This document shows positions 47,890 to 62,757 of a stretch of DNA of 64,000 nucleotides, piece by piece. A model generated the notes under the pieces. It ran no database searches, had not been told where the DNA came from, and saw only the letters and a list, made by a program, of their open reading frames with translations. A program made the translations under genes and the position numbers. This stretch comes from the human T2T-CHM13v2.0 reference genome, Homo sapiens: NCBI RefSeq assembly GCF_009914755.1, contig NC_060932.1. One strand, 5' to 3'. Position 1 is the first letter of the stretch. The number at the start of each line of letters is the position of its first letter.

Positions 47890-48300
47890 CAAGGGCATTT
47901 TTTGAAGGCAAGCCTGGTGCTGTGTGTGAAGGGGCAGAAGTCAGGCCTGAATGGATAATGTGACTTGGGAGATTTCTTGTATTTTTCACCTGAGTTTTCA
48001 CTTCTATTGTCTTCAAAACACTTGCTGCACTTGTATCTGGAGAGTGGTGGTGGTCTACGAATTTTGCAGATATATGCTGTCTATTTGAAGGTCTTATTAT
48101 TGTTTGTTGCAATTAAGCAATTTTCTGCTTAATTGCAGTGCCAATAATAATTAGCTTTTAAACTTTTATCTTTCACCATTAAGTAGCTTAATACACTTAT
48201 TGCAGCCTTTTTGCAAAGGAATGATTCCACAGATCTCTTCCATTGTGTTGTAAGAAATACAGTAAGAAGGAACAGTATTCAACTTCCACAATACAAAGTC

Positions 48301-48854
48301 TGTATTAGTCAGGGTTCTCCAGAGAGACAGAACCAATAAGTTCTGGGTATGGATATATGAGAGGGGTTTATTAGGGGAACTGGTTCACATGATTACAGAG
48401 GCTGAGAAGTCGCATGGCAGGCTGTCTGCAAGCTGGAGACTGTGGGAAGCCAGTAGTGTGGCTCAAACCGAAAGCCTCAGGACCCATTGCGGGATGGGAG
48501 GGGACAGGTGTAACTCTCACTACAAAGTTGAAAACCTGAGAAGCCGGGGGCCACTGGTGTAAAAGTCCTGGACTCCAAAGGCTGGAGAGCCTGGGGTTCT
48601 GTGTTCAAGGCAGCAGAAGAGGTCTGTCCCAGCCCTCAGGGAGACAATTCACCTTCTGTATCTGTTCTCTCCAGGGCATCCGTGGATTAGCCGGTGCCCA
48701 CCAACATTACAGCAGATCCTCCCCATACAAACCACTCAGACCCACATGCTGATCTCCTCTGGAAATGCCTCTCACACACACCCCGAATAATGTGTCACCA
48801 GGTTTCCAGGTATTTCTGAATCCAGTTGAGTTGACACTTAAAGTTAGGTCTACA
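48301..48854 (-). mobile_element. MLT2B-type ERVL LTR inside the Ricksha element, followed by ERVL 3' internal sequence
   Basis: tgtattagtcagggttctccagagagacagaaccaata ...; then agttcaccccttgtcaacttggcacccatac (antisense ERVL polypurine-tract region). Confidence 0.8.
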
Positions 48855-49979
48855 AGTTCACCCCTTGTCAACTTGGCACCCATACCCGTCTCCTCCTGAA
48901 ATCACAGTTAATTTCCAAAAAAAAGGGACAAGAACAAGGAAACAGTGCTGTCTAACATGGTGCAACTGTCCTGTGATTGGGATTCTTGGGATTTTAGATG
49001 TTAGAGATTTTAGACTTTAGGAGTTTAGATTATGGCATTCCGTCCTGTGTCTTTTGGGATTATGATCCAAACCCATGTAGACTGATCCCTTGTCCAGGTC
49101 CCTCCCTATTTGGGGCTCCTGAAGATGTGTTCTTTTGAGAGCCTGGAAATGCATCTTTGTATGTTTTTCAGTATTTATTGTTGCTGGAAGTGAAAGGATT
49201 TTCAGAGTTTCTGCTCCATAATTTTGCTAGAACCTGAAGACATTTCCTGGAGCTTTTTAAGTAGCGCACGGTGTCGGGCAGCTCTCCGCAGCCATAGGAG
49301 GGAAAGACAAGGCTGACTCCGTAGGTGTGTGGCCGCCTCATAATCATGGAAGTCAGGCCTCACTTTGCAAAAGAACGGTTCCAGCTTTCTTGCAGAAATC
49401 TGTGCCTGTTTGCAAGAGGGGCCCTGGAATTGCTGGTTGTTGTTCTTCTGACCTCATGGACTGTTGGGCAATAGTGGCATTGTCTAAAAAATTCTAAATG
49501 GCTGAGTACACCCTTTCATTGATTCACCCAGCACGTCTTTATTGGGAACTTTCTACCAGTCAGGCGCTGTGCGATATGCTAATGAAAAAGAAAGTGTCTG
49601 CCCTCAGAGTGACTCCATTCTATAAGTCTAAACTATAGACATATGTGCTAACACATTTATTTCCCTAATTTTGATCATGTCAGAGTAGACACAGCATAAT
49701 TGTCTTGTAATAAAAGAAGCACTAAGTTAAGGTGCACCCATTGAGTGGGACAGTGGACATCGGTAATAAACGTGGGTCTATCTGAATTAACCGAAAATGT
49801 TGCTTACCATGCATTAAGCAAAAGGACAAGTCAGAATCATATCTATAGAGACACACTTGCATGTTCTTGCAAATACCCCACACACACATACACAACAATG
49901 TCTACAAACCCGTGTTCTAGTAGGTGTTGAGCAGAACGTCAGTAATAAAGAGAAAAGTTTTAAAAGCCTCTAGAAAGCA

Positions 49980-50266
49980 GGCTGGGCGTGATGGTTCACT
50001 CCTGGAATCCCAGCACTTTGGGAAGCTGAGGCAGGTGGATCACCTGAGGTCAGGAGCTCGAGACCAGCCTGGCCAACATGGTGAAACCTGTCGCTCCTAA
50101 AAATACAAAAATTAGCCGGGTGTGGTGGCAGGTGCCTGTAATCCCAGCCCTTGGGAGGCTGAGGCGGGAGGATCCCTTGAACCTGGGAGGTGGAGGTTGC
50201 AGTGAGCTGAGACTGTGCTACAAGAGCATGCTACAAGAGTGAAACTGTCTCAAACAAACAAACAAG
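49980..50266 (+). mobile_element. AluS element
   Basis: TSD aaaagcctctRgaaagca. Confidence 0.9.
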
Positions 50267-50637
50267 AAAAGCCTCTGGAAAGCAAAGACAACCTATAAAT
50301 TTGCCTTGACAGTACCATTCAGTGACAGAAGACAATGGAGTAATAATATATATGTAAAATGCAAACGGAACATTACTGTAAACACAGGATCTTAAATTCA
50401 GTTAAACGCTCATCCAAGAGAACAGGCTAAAGGAACTATTAATGAAAAAAATCAGTTTACTCATCACAGACCCTGCCCAAAAGAACTATTCAGAATTTGC
50501 TTCAAAGAAAGTGATCCAGAGATAAGATGAGGGATATAAAAAAGTGAGTGTGAGTTCAGAAGTTGACACAATTATGCTGATACATTTAATTAACAATTGA
50601 CTATGGAGAGGCCAATAGCTCAAGAACTTCAAAATAG

Positions 50638-51063
<426 letters not shown>

Positions 51064-52728
51064 AAGAAGCCCTTTTTAGTCTTTGGTACATGACCAAGGA
51101 CCTCACTCCTCTAATTCACAGCTCAGGCAGCAGGGTGGACTGCCGAAGCTCTGCCTGTGAGATGCGAAGGTAAGCTCGGCGGTGGGTGCCACCTGCCGGG
51201 GAAGAGCCTGGTTTAACTCCTCTGGTCCTCAGGGTTTTTCCTTAATCGTAACATGGCCCTGGAGCAATTGTAACAGCAGCAGTAACAATACGTTATGAGG
51301 ATATCAATAAGAAGCACAACTGAGCACTTACAGCTGGGCACCACGTTACACTTTATATCAAATACATATACATGACACTATGAGGCAGAACTGTGATCAT
51401 TCCCATTTTATTGGTAAACAAATGAAGCCAAGAAAAAATCAGGGCCTTTGCCCAGGGATTGCCCAGGGATACTCGGCTGTGAAGTGGTACCACGGGGTCC
51501 AGCCCTCCTCTCTGGTTCCACAGCCTCTGCTCCTCCTGGGCCCACGTTCAGCGCCAGGCTGGGAGCAGTCGCTGCCCGGTGGGCTGCAGGACTTGAAGAA
51601 GGGTGCTGGGCAGCAGCCCCAGGAGCCATCCAGGATGTAAGCACCCCAGGGACTGACTCTGGAATCGGTGGGTTCTACTTGGCCACGTGGCTAGCACTCC
51701 CTCCACACCTCGAGAACCTGGGGGATCCTCAGTCTTTCAGTGCTGGCCTGGAAAATGTTGGGTCAGATCAGTCCTCCGATTTGCAGATCTCCGGGCCTCT
51801 GTCTCATCACCTGCAGGTGTGGGCAGCTCGGCACCTTGAGGGCCACAGGCCCTGGTGAGCATCGTGGGCAGGAAGCACCGCACTCACGTCATGAGACCCG
51901 CGGCAGGCCCCGGGAAAGTTGTGCAGCTGCTGTGACTACCGGTCTCTGCATGAAATTGATAACAAACTGAGCGTGGGATGAGGCTCAAGCCAGATGTGCT
52001 GCACCGTGCATGCAGCCCATGTGTGGCCACAGAAATAAGCATCCAGGCGCCCCCAAGTCCACAGGAAACTGGGGGAAGGCCAACAGGACTAACACCTCCT
52101 CCTCAAAGGCTGACATCAGCTGTACCAGCTGGCCCCCGGGGGAGCTGCGCTTACACACATAGGCGAGCACTGTGGTGATGGTGCCATCGTGACGTGGCAG
52201 AGCATAGCCGCTATCAGCAACATCGTCTTCACAGCACTCTGTCTGTGGAGCCCTTCCAGGCACTGCTAGAGCCAATTCTTCAATCTGTTCTAGGGCCAGC
52301 ACTCAGAGGGCGGTTCCTGGTGTGGCAAAGGTGGCACAGTCCTGGGGCCCCGGCCACCACGGATGGTGGCAGAGGTGAGCACTCTGACTGGCCAGGTCTG
52401 TGGCGCATGTCTGGGAGGGACTCCTGAAAGCCCAGCCCAAGATCAGCATCTCAGGCTTCACAGAACCCTGGGGGCTTTCTCACAGGGCAGAACCTGGCCA
52501 ATCAATGCTTGCTCTGCAGGTCCTGCTGCAGGTGGCAGCAGCAGCAGCTGAGGCTCCATAGAAATGGCGACGTGTGAGCCCAGCAGACCCATGGAACCAG
52601 AGCCCAAGGTTTCACAAGATCCCCACGACCCACACGCACAGCAGAGTCTGAATGGAACCAGAACCCATCGTTTCACAAGGTCCCCATGGCCCACATGTGT
52701 GGCAGAGTCTGAGAAGCACAGTTACAAA

Positions 52729-53445
52729 ACACCATCACCACCAGCATCATCATCACTGTCACCACCACCACCACCACACCCATCACCACCACCACCACCA
52801 CACCCATCACCACCACCACCACCACACCCATCACCACCATCACCACCATGACACCCATCACCACCATCATCACCACACCCATCACCACCATCACCACCAC
52901 CACACCATCACCATCATCACCACCACACCCATCACCACCATCACCACCACCACACCCATCACCACCATCATCACCACCATGACACCCATCACCACCATCA
53001 TCACCACCACCACACCCATCACCATCATCACCATCACCCATCACCACCACCACCACCACACCCATCACCATCATCACCACCACACCCATCACCATCATCA
53101 TCACCACCACACCCATCACCACCACAACCACCACCACACCCATCACCACCATCATCACCACCACCACACCCATCACCACCATCACCACACCCATCACCAC
53201 CATCATCACCACACCCATCACCACCATCATCACCACCACCACACCATCACCATCATCATCACCACACCCACCACCACCATCACCGCCATCACCATCATCG
53301 CCATCATCGTCACCATCATTATCACCATCATCATCACCACCGTCATCACCACCACCACACCTATCATCACCACACCCATCACCACCATCATCACCACCAT
53401 CATCATTATCACCACCATCATCATCACCACCATCATCACCACCAC
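52729..53445. repeat. Degenerate (CAC/CAT)n tract, about 720 bp
   Basis: Compound units such as acacccatcaccaccatcatcaccacc. Confidence 0.97.
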
Positions 53446-54060
<615 letters not shown>

Positions 54061-54837
54061 TGCCACACCCTAAGCCAGCTGGAGTCTCCTGGACTCAGTC
54101 TCCCTGCAAGTCTCACCCTGAGCTTCTGATTGGCAGAGCCCAGTCACGTGACTGCCTGTAGCAGCAGGGGGGCCTGGGAAGTACAGTTTTCTAAATCTCA
54201 TTTTGGAGAAGGAGGGTTGTGGGGGACAAGAAAAATAAGAAAACAAGTTCATCTAAATCTGAAAACAGAAGTTCTACCATCTGTGACTCACATCACAGCC
54301 ACAGCTTTCTCAAGGTTGAAAGTGTTGGGGTTCCCGCAGCTTTTCAACTTTCTTGCTTATCACAAGACGAAGGCCTCACTCTGCTGGCTGCACCACAGGG
54401 CCCAGGTGGGGTGACACGCAGGGGTCCTCCCCATCAGGTGAGACAGGGGCAGGCTGGGGCAGCCCTGGGCGTCCTGCATCACCCAGCGACCACCCTGCCT
54501 TCTGTCTGTGCCCACCCCATCTCCAGCCTGAGCCTTAAAATGCCACAGCTGCACCGACCGTGAGGGCCATGCCTGCCCTATCGCACAGTGTGCAATGAAT
54601 AAATGAAAGCCGGTATAATGAAACCTGAGAGCTGCCATTCCCATTTCAAAATCCTGGCCCCACCGTTGTCCTCAGTCTCACGCCATACTGCACTGCCGCA
54701 GGACCCTGCCATCAGAGAGCCATAAATTAATTACCTACCAAACACCACTGCAGTGACAGTCTTCACAGTGAAATCTGAAAAATAAACAAAGAAATCAAGC
54801 TCTGTAGGCAGGAGGTAGGTACTGGACCCTACAAATT

Positions 54838-55536
54838 CTGTGTGTGTCTGTGTGTCTGTGTGTGTGTCTGTGTGTCTGTGTCTGTGTGTGTCTGTGTGTG
54901 TGTGTGTGTGTCTGTGTGTATCTGTGTCTGTTTCTGTGTGTGTCTGTGTGTGTGCGTCTGTGTCTGTGTCTGTGTGTCTGTGTGTGTGTCTGTGTCTGTG
55001 TGTGTATCTGTGTGTCTGCTGTGTGTGTGTGTGTCTGTTTCTGTGTGTGTCTCTGTGTGTCTGTGTGTGTGTATCTGTGTCTGTTTCTATGTGTGTCTGT
55101 GTCTGTGTGTCTGTGTGTGTCTGTGTCTGTGTCTGTGTGTGTGTGTCTGTGTGTGTCTGTGTCTGTGTGTGTCTGTGTCTGTGTCTGTGTATCTGTCTGT
55201 GTGTGTCTGTTTCTGTGTGTGTGTCTGTGTGTGTGAGTGTCTGTGTGTGTGTCTGTGTGTGTCTGTGTGTGTGTGTCTGTGTGTCTGTGTGTATCTGTGT
55301 GTTTCTGTGTGTGTGTCAGTGTGTGTGTCTGTGTGTCTGTGTGTGTCTGTGTGTGTCTTGTGTGTGTCTGTGTGTCTGTGTGTCTGTGTCTGTGTGTGTG
55401 TGTCTGTGTGTGTGTATCTGTGTGTGTCTGTGTGTGTCTGTGTCTGTGTGTCTGTGTGTGTCAGTGTGTCTGTGTGTGTCTGTGTGTCTGTGTGGGTGTG
55501 TGTGTGTGTCTCTGTGTGTGTGTCTGTGTGTGTGTG
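54838..55536. repeat. Compound (GT)n/(GTCT)n microsatellite, about 700 bp
   Basis: Continuous tgtgtgtctg-type repeat. Confidence 0.97.
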
Positions 55537-55719
55537 AATTTAACACTGGCATCAGCATGGTGGTTCCAACCAGTGCTTGGAGTCAGCAGCGTTGGGATAA
55601 TGTCTTAACCATTTGGAATGAGAGGAAGAGAGAGACAGAAAATCTGAAAAACACCTCAGTGAAAACCGTGAGTAATTTTGTTTACAGCCTTAGAGTGGAG
55701 AAATATTGCAGAAGTATAA

Positions 55720-56400
55720 ATTTAAATTATTCAAAAGTGAAAATATTTACATAACAACCATTAACTGAAGATTTAAAAAAGGCAAATGATGAGAAGGACA
55801 AACTATTTGCAATAGGTGTAACAAGCGAAAAGTAACATCTCAAGCACATAAAGACCCAGCATAAAAGAGCAGAGGCCCTGAGCAGGCCATTCACAGATGA
55901 GGAAGTGACAGGACCCCCTACGGAACATCCACGGAAGCAATTCAACACGGTGATGAGATGCCACCCGGCTCCACCCAGATTAGGGTGCAAAAATGTAAAC
56001 GCCTGATAAAAGTCAGTGTTTTCAAGGGTGTAGGGGAATGAATACGCTTATATCCTGTATAAACTGGTGCCATCCTTTAGGAGGGCCAGTTGGCAGGGGT
56101 AACCAAAATGTTAAATATGTGAGCATTTCTCTTTTTTCAGAAATTTCACTTTTAGGAATCTTTTTGACAGAAATACTCTGATTTGGGCACGAAGACGTGT
56201 GTCAAAGATGTGCAAAGCTGTAATATCAAAAAGCTTGAGGGCGCTGAAGTTTCCATTCAATGCAAGAGGCACTATCTAAGCCGTGGCTCTGTTATACTGG
56301 GGGCAACTGTTATTTAAAAAAGAATTCGATGCAGCTATAGATCCTAACATTAAAATATCTACAAGACACGGTAATGTTTAAAAACTAAGGCCCCAGAAAC
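55720..56400 (+). mobile_element. Old L1ME-like 3' fragment
   Basis: Degenerate ORF2 end and 3' UTR text (aaactatttgcaa, aatttcacttttaggaatc). Confidence 0.55.
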
Positions 56401-56423
56401 TCCAGTAAAAATAGTTAACACAG

Positions 56424-56714
56424 ACCAGGCATTGTGACTCATGCCTGTACTCCCAGCACTTTGGGAGGCAGAGACAAGAGGATTTCTTGAACCCACGAGT
56501 TTGAGACCAGCCTGGGCAACATAGTGAGACCCCCATCTCTACAAAAAATAGAAAAAGTTACCCAGGCGTGGTGGCGAACCCCTGTGGTCCCAGCTATTTG
56601 GGAGGCCGAGGCGGGAAAATCACTTGAGCCAGGAGGTGGTGGCTGCAGTAGCTGTGATTGTGCCACTGCACTCCAGCCTGGGCCACGGAGGGAGAGACCC
56701 TATCTCAAAAAAAA
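56424..56714 (+). mobile_element. AluJ-like element
   Basis: cagcactttgggaggc ... gagaccagcctgggcaacatagtgagacccc ... ctatctcaaaaaaaa. Confidence 0.88.
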
Positions 56715-57621
56715 TTAATTTAATAAAAATATAAAGAATCCTAATTCTCTCTGGAAGGAAGATGAAGCGCCTGCTACCATCACCGGCTGCCCTGGGAGAG
56801 AGCACCGGGATGCAGTTCCCTCCTGACCAGGCCCCGCCTCTTCCAGGAGGCCGCCCCGGGCTGCTTTGCAGCTGCAGGAGTCGGTGGTCCAGCCTGGATT
56901 CGGGTGCGGGAGGCTTGACACAAAGGTGGGCAGCTGTTCCTGGGGGCCTGTGGGCGCCCCTGAGGCTGCGGGGCTGGTGCTTGTTCTCCCAGAAGGCCCC
57001 GGGGTCAGGGACTCCCAGTGTCCTCTCCACGAATCACTTCTCAGCATGGCGGCTCCTGGACCCCTGGGTCCCAGCACCCGCTGTGTGCTCTAGGTCAGCC
57101 ACAGTGACCAAGGGAAGAGTCACACAGTCTGGAAAGGGAGGCGAAGATGCTTCGCCTGGCGGCTGAGGCGGGACACAGCAAGTCCCCGGACTCTTCCTGC
57201 AGGCTCCCCACAAGGATGTCCCCAGGGCCTGGCCTCCCAGGAGGCCAGCAGGGGCAGGGGCTCCAGAGGAGCGGGTGGCGGGGTCTGCAGTCGGGGCAGG
57301 CCAGGAGGCGCCGGCGGGCCGTTGAGCTTTGCTTCGCTGGGAGGGTGCTGTCCTTGCCCCCACGGGTGGGGCTGGCAGTCAAGTTCCACCCAGGAAAACA
57401 AGGATGAGTCACCAGAAGGACCCAGTTTGCCACAGTGACAGCCCCCAGGCAGGTGAGGCCTATCCTGAGCACACGTGGCTTTCAGCGTTTCCCTTCGCCC
57501 ACCCTGGATGCTTCTGAGGCCTTTCACCCCAGGGGCACATCCTTCCGCCTTCATTTCACGCAAACACCTTTGGCTGGACGGTGAGCTCACGCAGGAGGCT
57601 ATAAGCGCAGTGGGCGGGACA

Positions 57622-57935
57622 GGACCAGCGTGCTCCTCCACCCGACTGTGCTCCTCCATCCCACATCCCACCATCCGGACCACTGTGCTCCTCCACCCAC
57701 CTGTGCTCCTCCACCCCACATCCCACCATCCGGACCAGCGTGCTCCTCCACCCACCTGTGCTCCTCCACCCCACATCCCACCATCCGGACCAGCGTGCTC
57801 CTCCACCCACCTGTGCTCCTCCACCCCACATCCCACCATCCGGACCACTGTGCTCCTCCACCCCACACCCCACCATCCGGACCAGCGTGCTCCTCCACCC
57901 GACTGTGCTCCTCCACCTTACACCCCACCATTCGG
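57622..57935. repeat. 55-bp GC-rich minisatellite, about 6 copies (one 37-bp short unit)
   Basis: Units start at 57622, 57677, 57732, 57787, 57842, 57879; internal sub-repeat tgctcctccaccc. Confidence 0.93.
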
Positions 57936-58516
57936 CCCATGGAAGAGCAAGCACAGGCCCTGGACAGGCACAGTCGGGCAGCGCTGTCCTGGAGAGAGAC
58001 GCATGTCCCCGTGCCCTGTCCAGGCTTGGTCCTTGCTGGACCTTGTGGACGTGATAGGCTGGGACTGAGGGGAGGAAGCGTGAGGCAGAGGCCAACGCCC
58101 CCCCAGCCAGGCTTCCCCCGCCTCCCTTGAAGCCTGTGGCAACTGAATGTTATCAGGACCCAGAGGGATCAAAGAGTTCAGTGGAAAATTACTCAGCTTC
58201 ATGCGAATTTGCTTCTATTTTGGGCAAGGACGTTCTAAGCATGAAAAGAAAGGCTTGATAGATTGATGATAAAATGTCAACCTTCTGCATAAGTGAATTT
58301 AAAAGTATATGAAAAACGGAAAAATATATGACAAGGGCTTATAATATTTAATAAAGAAGTAATTGTTCATTTTCTCAAAGGCAACTTTTAAAATTAAAAA
58401 AGGAGAAAACAAATCGGAAAAATACAAAAAAGATAAACTGAGGAAAAAATAAAGAAAAAAGTGAACAAGAAGTGGTAGTCAAATTGTCACGTGTAAAAAA
58501 TAATAGGAAGTGGGGA

Positions 58517-58823
<307 letters not shown>

Positions 58824-59506
58824 GGAAGTGGGGACTTTTGATTCATAAACAAAGAGATAAAGTGACCTGTACAGATCAGAATGCCCAGCCTCACCACCAG
58901 TGAAAAAGAAGTCACAGAGCAAGGAGACGTTCTTGAGCCCAGCTTATTTATAAGCCTTCTTGTTTTATTTCATTTTCAATCATGAAAGCCAGCTTCGTGT
59001 GGGGGCTGGGAGTGAGTGTCTGGGCAAACTGCAGTGCACTGGGTCCTTCCAGAAGGTGGTGAGCTAATGTGCGCCCAGAGCTTTAAACTGTTCCTAGTCT
59101 TTGACCCCGTCATGCAATTTTAGAATTTGACTGAAAGGAAATAATCCAAGATACCACCTGTGCATATGACTTTGTTCCTCATGATAGGAAAACATAGGCG
59201 GGGAATAGGAAAAACTGACGGGCACCCACTGTCTCCCCTCAGACCCCTAAAGCAGAGCCTGAGACCAGGATTTGGAGAGGAAGAGGGTCTAGGGTCAGTG
59301 AGACAGGGACCGAGGGAGTCAAGGAGAGGGGCTCTGTGCACCACTGGGACCGTGGGGCTGGACTGTGCTGGGCCCTGAGAAGCCCATGGAATGCCTCCCA
59401 CGGCCCAGCATGAACAGGCGCTGCCTCCTGGGGCAGGGACAGGCCGGGGACCAGCCTGAGTCTGCGTTTCCAGGGTGCCCGTGCCACAGGTGATGGGGCC
59501 CCATCA

Positions 59507-59929
<423 letters not shown>

Positions 59930-62308
59930 TCATGGCTGTCCTCAGAGGGCTGTGTACCCTGCTGTCCCACCTTCTTCTAGATGGCGGATCCAGTGACGCA
60001 CGCCCGAGCTCAGAGCTCACAGTGTGCACACAGGCTTCAAGGATCCCTACAGCCTAATGAGATGCTCACCAAGTGCCATTCCGGACCCAGGGAGAGGGCA
60101 CTGGTCATTAGAGGCTATCCGAGGCTGCACCAGGCCACCCTGCTGGGACTGGGTTGGGTGGGGAACTTCCACTGGAGCCCCTTTTGATGACCCCCCCGCC
60201 CATCCCCGAGGAATCAGCTATGGAACCATTTCTATATGCAACCAGCTCCTGGGATGCAGTTCATAGGGTCCCCTGCAGGTGCGAGAGCCCCCCACACACA
60301 GTCAGACTGAAAAAGCTCCTGCGGGAGAAAGTCAGTGACCCACCCGCCCGCAGATGGCATTGACCAGCGTCTACACCTGCCGATGGCATTGACCAGCGTC
60401 AGCACCCATGGCTCCCCTCGACCAGCTGCAAACACTTAACTCACAGGAATGGCCACTGCTGGGTGCTTGAAGTGTGTGTCTCAGCAGAAGGTCCAGCCTG
60501 GGGCCAACTGTGTCCCAGGAGCCTGCTGGTTAGGGGGACCATTTCATCTCAAGAGCCCTTGTGTGCTTAAGGGACAACTGGGGGTTCTGAGGACACAGGC
60601 CACACCAGCTTCCCTGCTGCAGAGTGAAGTCAGCCCGGGATTATGCCCTGACCCTGGGCTGCAGCTGAGGAAGAGCCCTGGCTTTGTTAGGAAGGTGGCC
60701 CAGCCCAGCCCAGCCCCAGCACTGCAAAACATTAGAGAAGCCGCCTGTGCACATGCCTTCCAGAGGAGAGGGCATGAGAGGAAGGAGGAAGGCCATGGAG
60801 CCCCCATGGGGAGGCTGTAGACACCTCCCGTGCTGGAAGCCTCCCACCGTGCAAAAAGGCCTTCCAGGGAAGCTTCAGTGAAGTCTGCCCTGTTCACAAA
60901 TGCTTGTCTGAGGGGCTCCACTGAAGAGACTGGGAGAGGTGCTATCTTAGGGTTTCAGGTCTCTAAGGAGAGAGTCAGCTAACACACTCAAGGAACAGGC
61001 GTGACTCTCATGAGGCTTTTTAATTAAAGGATGTGCGGATTAACACACTGACCAAGACCAGAGGCATGGGCTTGCAGGCAGTGGTGGAGGGGATTAGGGG
61101 GTACCATTGGTGCCCCGGCCCTGAAGCCCAGTCTCCCAGCTAGATGAAGCCTGACCCTTGGTCTTCCTGCTCTGCAATGCTCTGGAAGTCCAGAGTGGAC
61201 TGCAGTTCATAGGAGCTGAGATTCCAGTTGGGGTTAGTGCTTCCACCTCCAGGAGGGCATCCCCCAGGGCCCAGCCCCTGGGGACACCATGTCCTTCGGG
61301 AGCTGCGGGAGCTGGGGGTGCCCAGGCAGCCTGGCATCGCCTGCATCATCCCCTGCTGCCACCAGAGCTAACCCACACGGTGCTGGGGGCACACCTGTCC
61401 CCATGTGGGCGGCTGCTTCTCCCGCACACAGACTGGTGCTGGGGGCACACCAGTCCCCACGTCGGCAGCCACTCCTCCCCTGCACACAGACCAGGGGGTC
61501 CCACCACAGGGTTTCTGTTTGCCAATGGTCTTGGGACCCAACTTACAGCAGCACGTTTGAGAATGATTCCAGCTTCTTAGGAGGACCCAGCCTTGGAATG
61601 CAGGTAAAGATGAAGGCCCGAAGGCAGTGGTCTGGACTACCAGAGGTGCCTCAGCCCCTGGCATCATTAACAGGTTTCTTGCTGTGGCCGCCTAATGGTG
61701 CTAGCCCCTGGAGGCCAGCAGGTGGCCAACCCTCCGGGCCAGCAATCACAATGCAGCACCCTGGACAGCGGCAAAGACCATGTGCAAATGCAGCCACAAT
61801 GTCTCCTGTAATGCCCACGTGCATGTCCATTCTCTCCTGGAATCCTTCCAGTTGGAGGTGGGGCCCAGAGAGGGCAAGTGCCCTGCTTAAGGTCACAAAG
61901 CAAGTCAGCGGCAGATGCAACCTGGCTGCAGACTCCTAATCCCCTCTTGAGCATTCCTGGGGCTGAGCCCCACTGCTATCTGTTGAGGCAGGCCACCCAG
62001 ATGCTGAGGGCCAGCAGCCCCCAGCTGACTCTGAGGCTTGCTGTGCTGTTGCAGAGATCTGTGTTGCAACATGAGGCCCTGGAGGCGGCCAGGCTGTCTT
62101 GGTAGCCAGGGCAGGTGTAAGCGCATGATTTTATAATAATCATTTGCTGACCTGGGGGAGCTGGAAAACAGAGGGCAGAGGGCTGTTTTCTGAGACCTGA
62201 GACCTGTGAAATTCACTCCTGCCCCTCTCGACAGACAAAAGCCTGCCAGACTCTTCCTCATTGTTCTCCCACCTTACAGGGATGCAGAGCAAGAGGCAAG
62301 TACAGCCC

Positions 62309-62757
62309 CAGGGCTCAGTGTGTGACAGGGACCAGGGCTCAGTGTGTGACAAGGACCAGGGCTCAGTGTGTGACCAGGACCAGGGCTCATTGTGTGACAA
62401 GGGTCAGGGTTCAGTGTGTGACCAGGAACAGGGCTCAATGTGTGACCAGGACCAGGGCTCTGTGTGTGACAGGGACCAGGGCTCAGTGTGCGACAGGGAC
62501 CAGGGCTCAGTGTGTGACCAGGACCAGGGCTCGGTGTGTGACAGGGACCAGGGCTCAGTATGTGACCAGGGTCAGGGCTTAGTATGTAACCAGGACCAGG
62601 GCTCAGTGTATGACAGGGACCAGGACTCAGTGTGTGACCAGGGTCAAGGCTCAGTGTGTTACCAGGACCAGGGCTTGATGTATGAACAGGGCCCAGGGCT
62701 CAGTGTGTGACCAAGGTCAAGGCTCAGTGTGTGACCAGAGTCAGGCTCAGTGTATGA
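62309..62757. repeat. 24-bp minisatellite, about 19 copies
   Basis: Unit cagggctcagtgtgtgaccaggac, degenerating toward the right end. Confidence 0.95.

Noticed and set aside
51985-52302. Minus-strand ORF containing TECCEDD, considered as a Ly6/uPAR pseudo-exon given the nearby LY6 cluster
   Set aside because: Lacks the terminal CN motif and the LU-domain cysteine spacing; no exon structure found.
54840-55754. Cys/Val-rich ORFs up to 304 aa
   Set aside because: Translations of the GT/GTCT microsatellite.
62261-62710. 149-aa (QGSVCDQD)n ORF
   Set aside because: Translation of the 24-bp VNTR; no splice or homology support.
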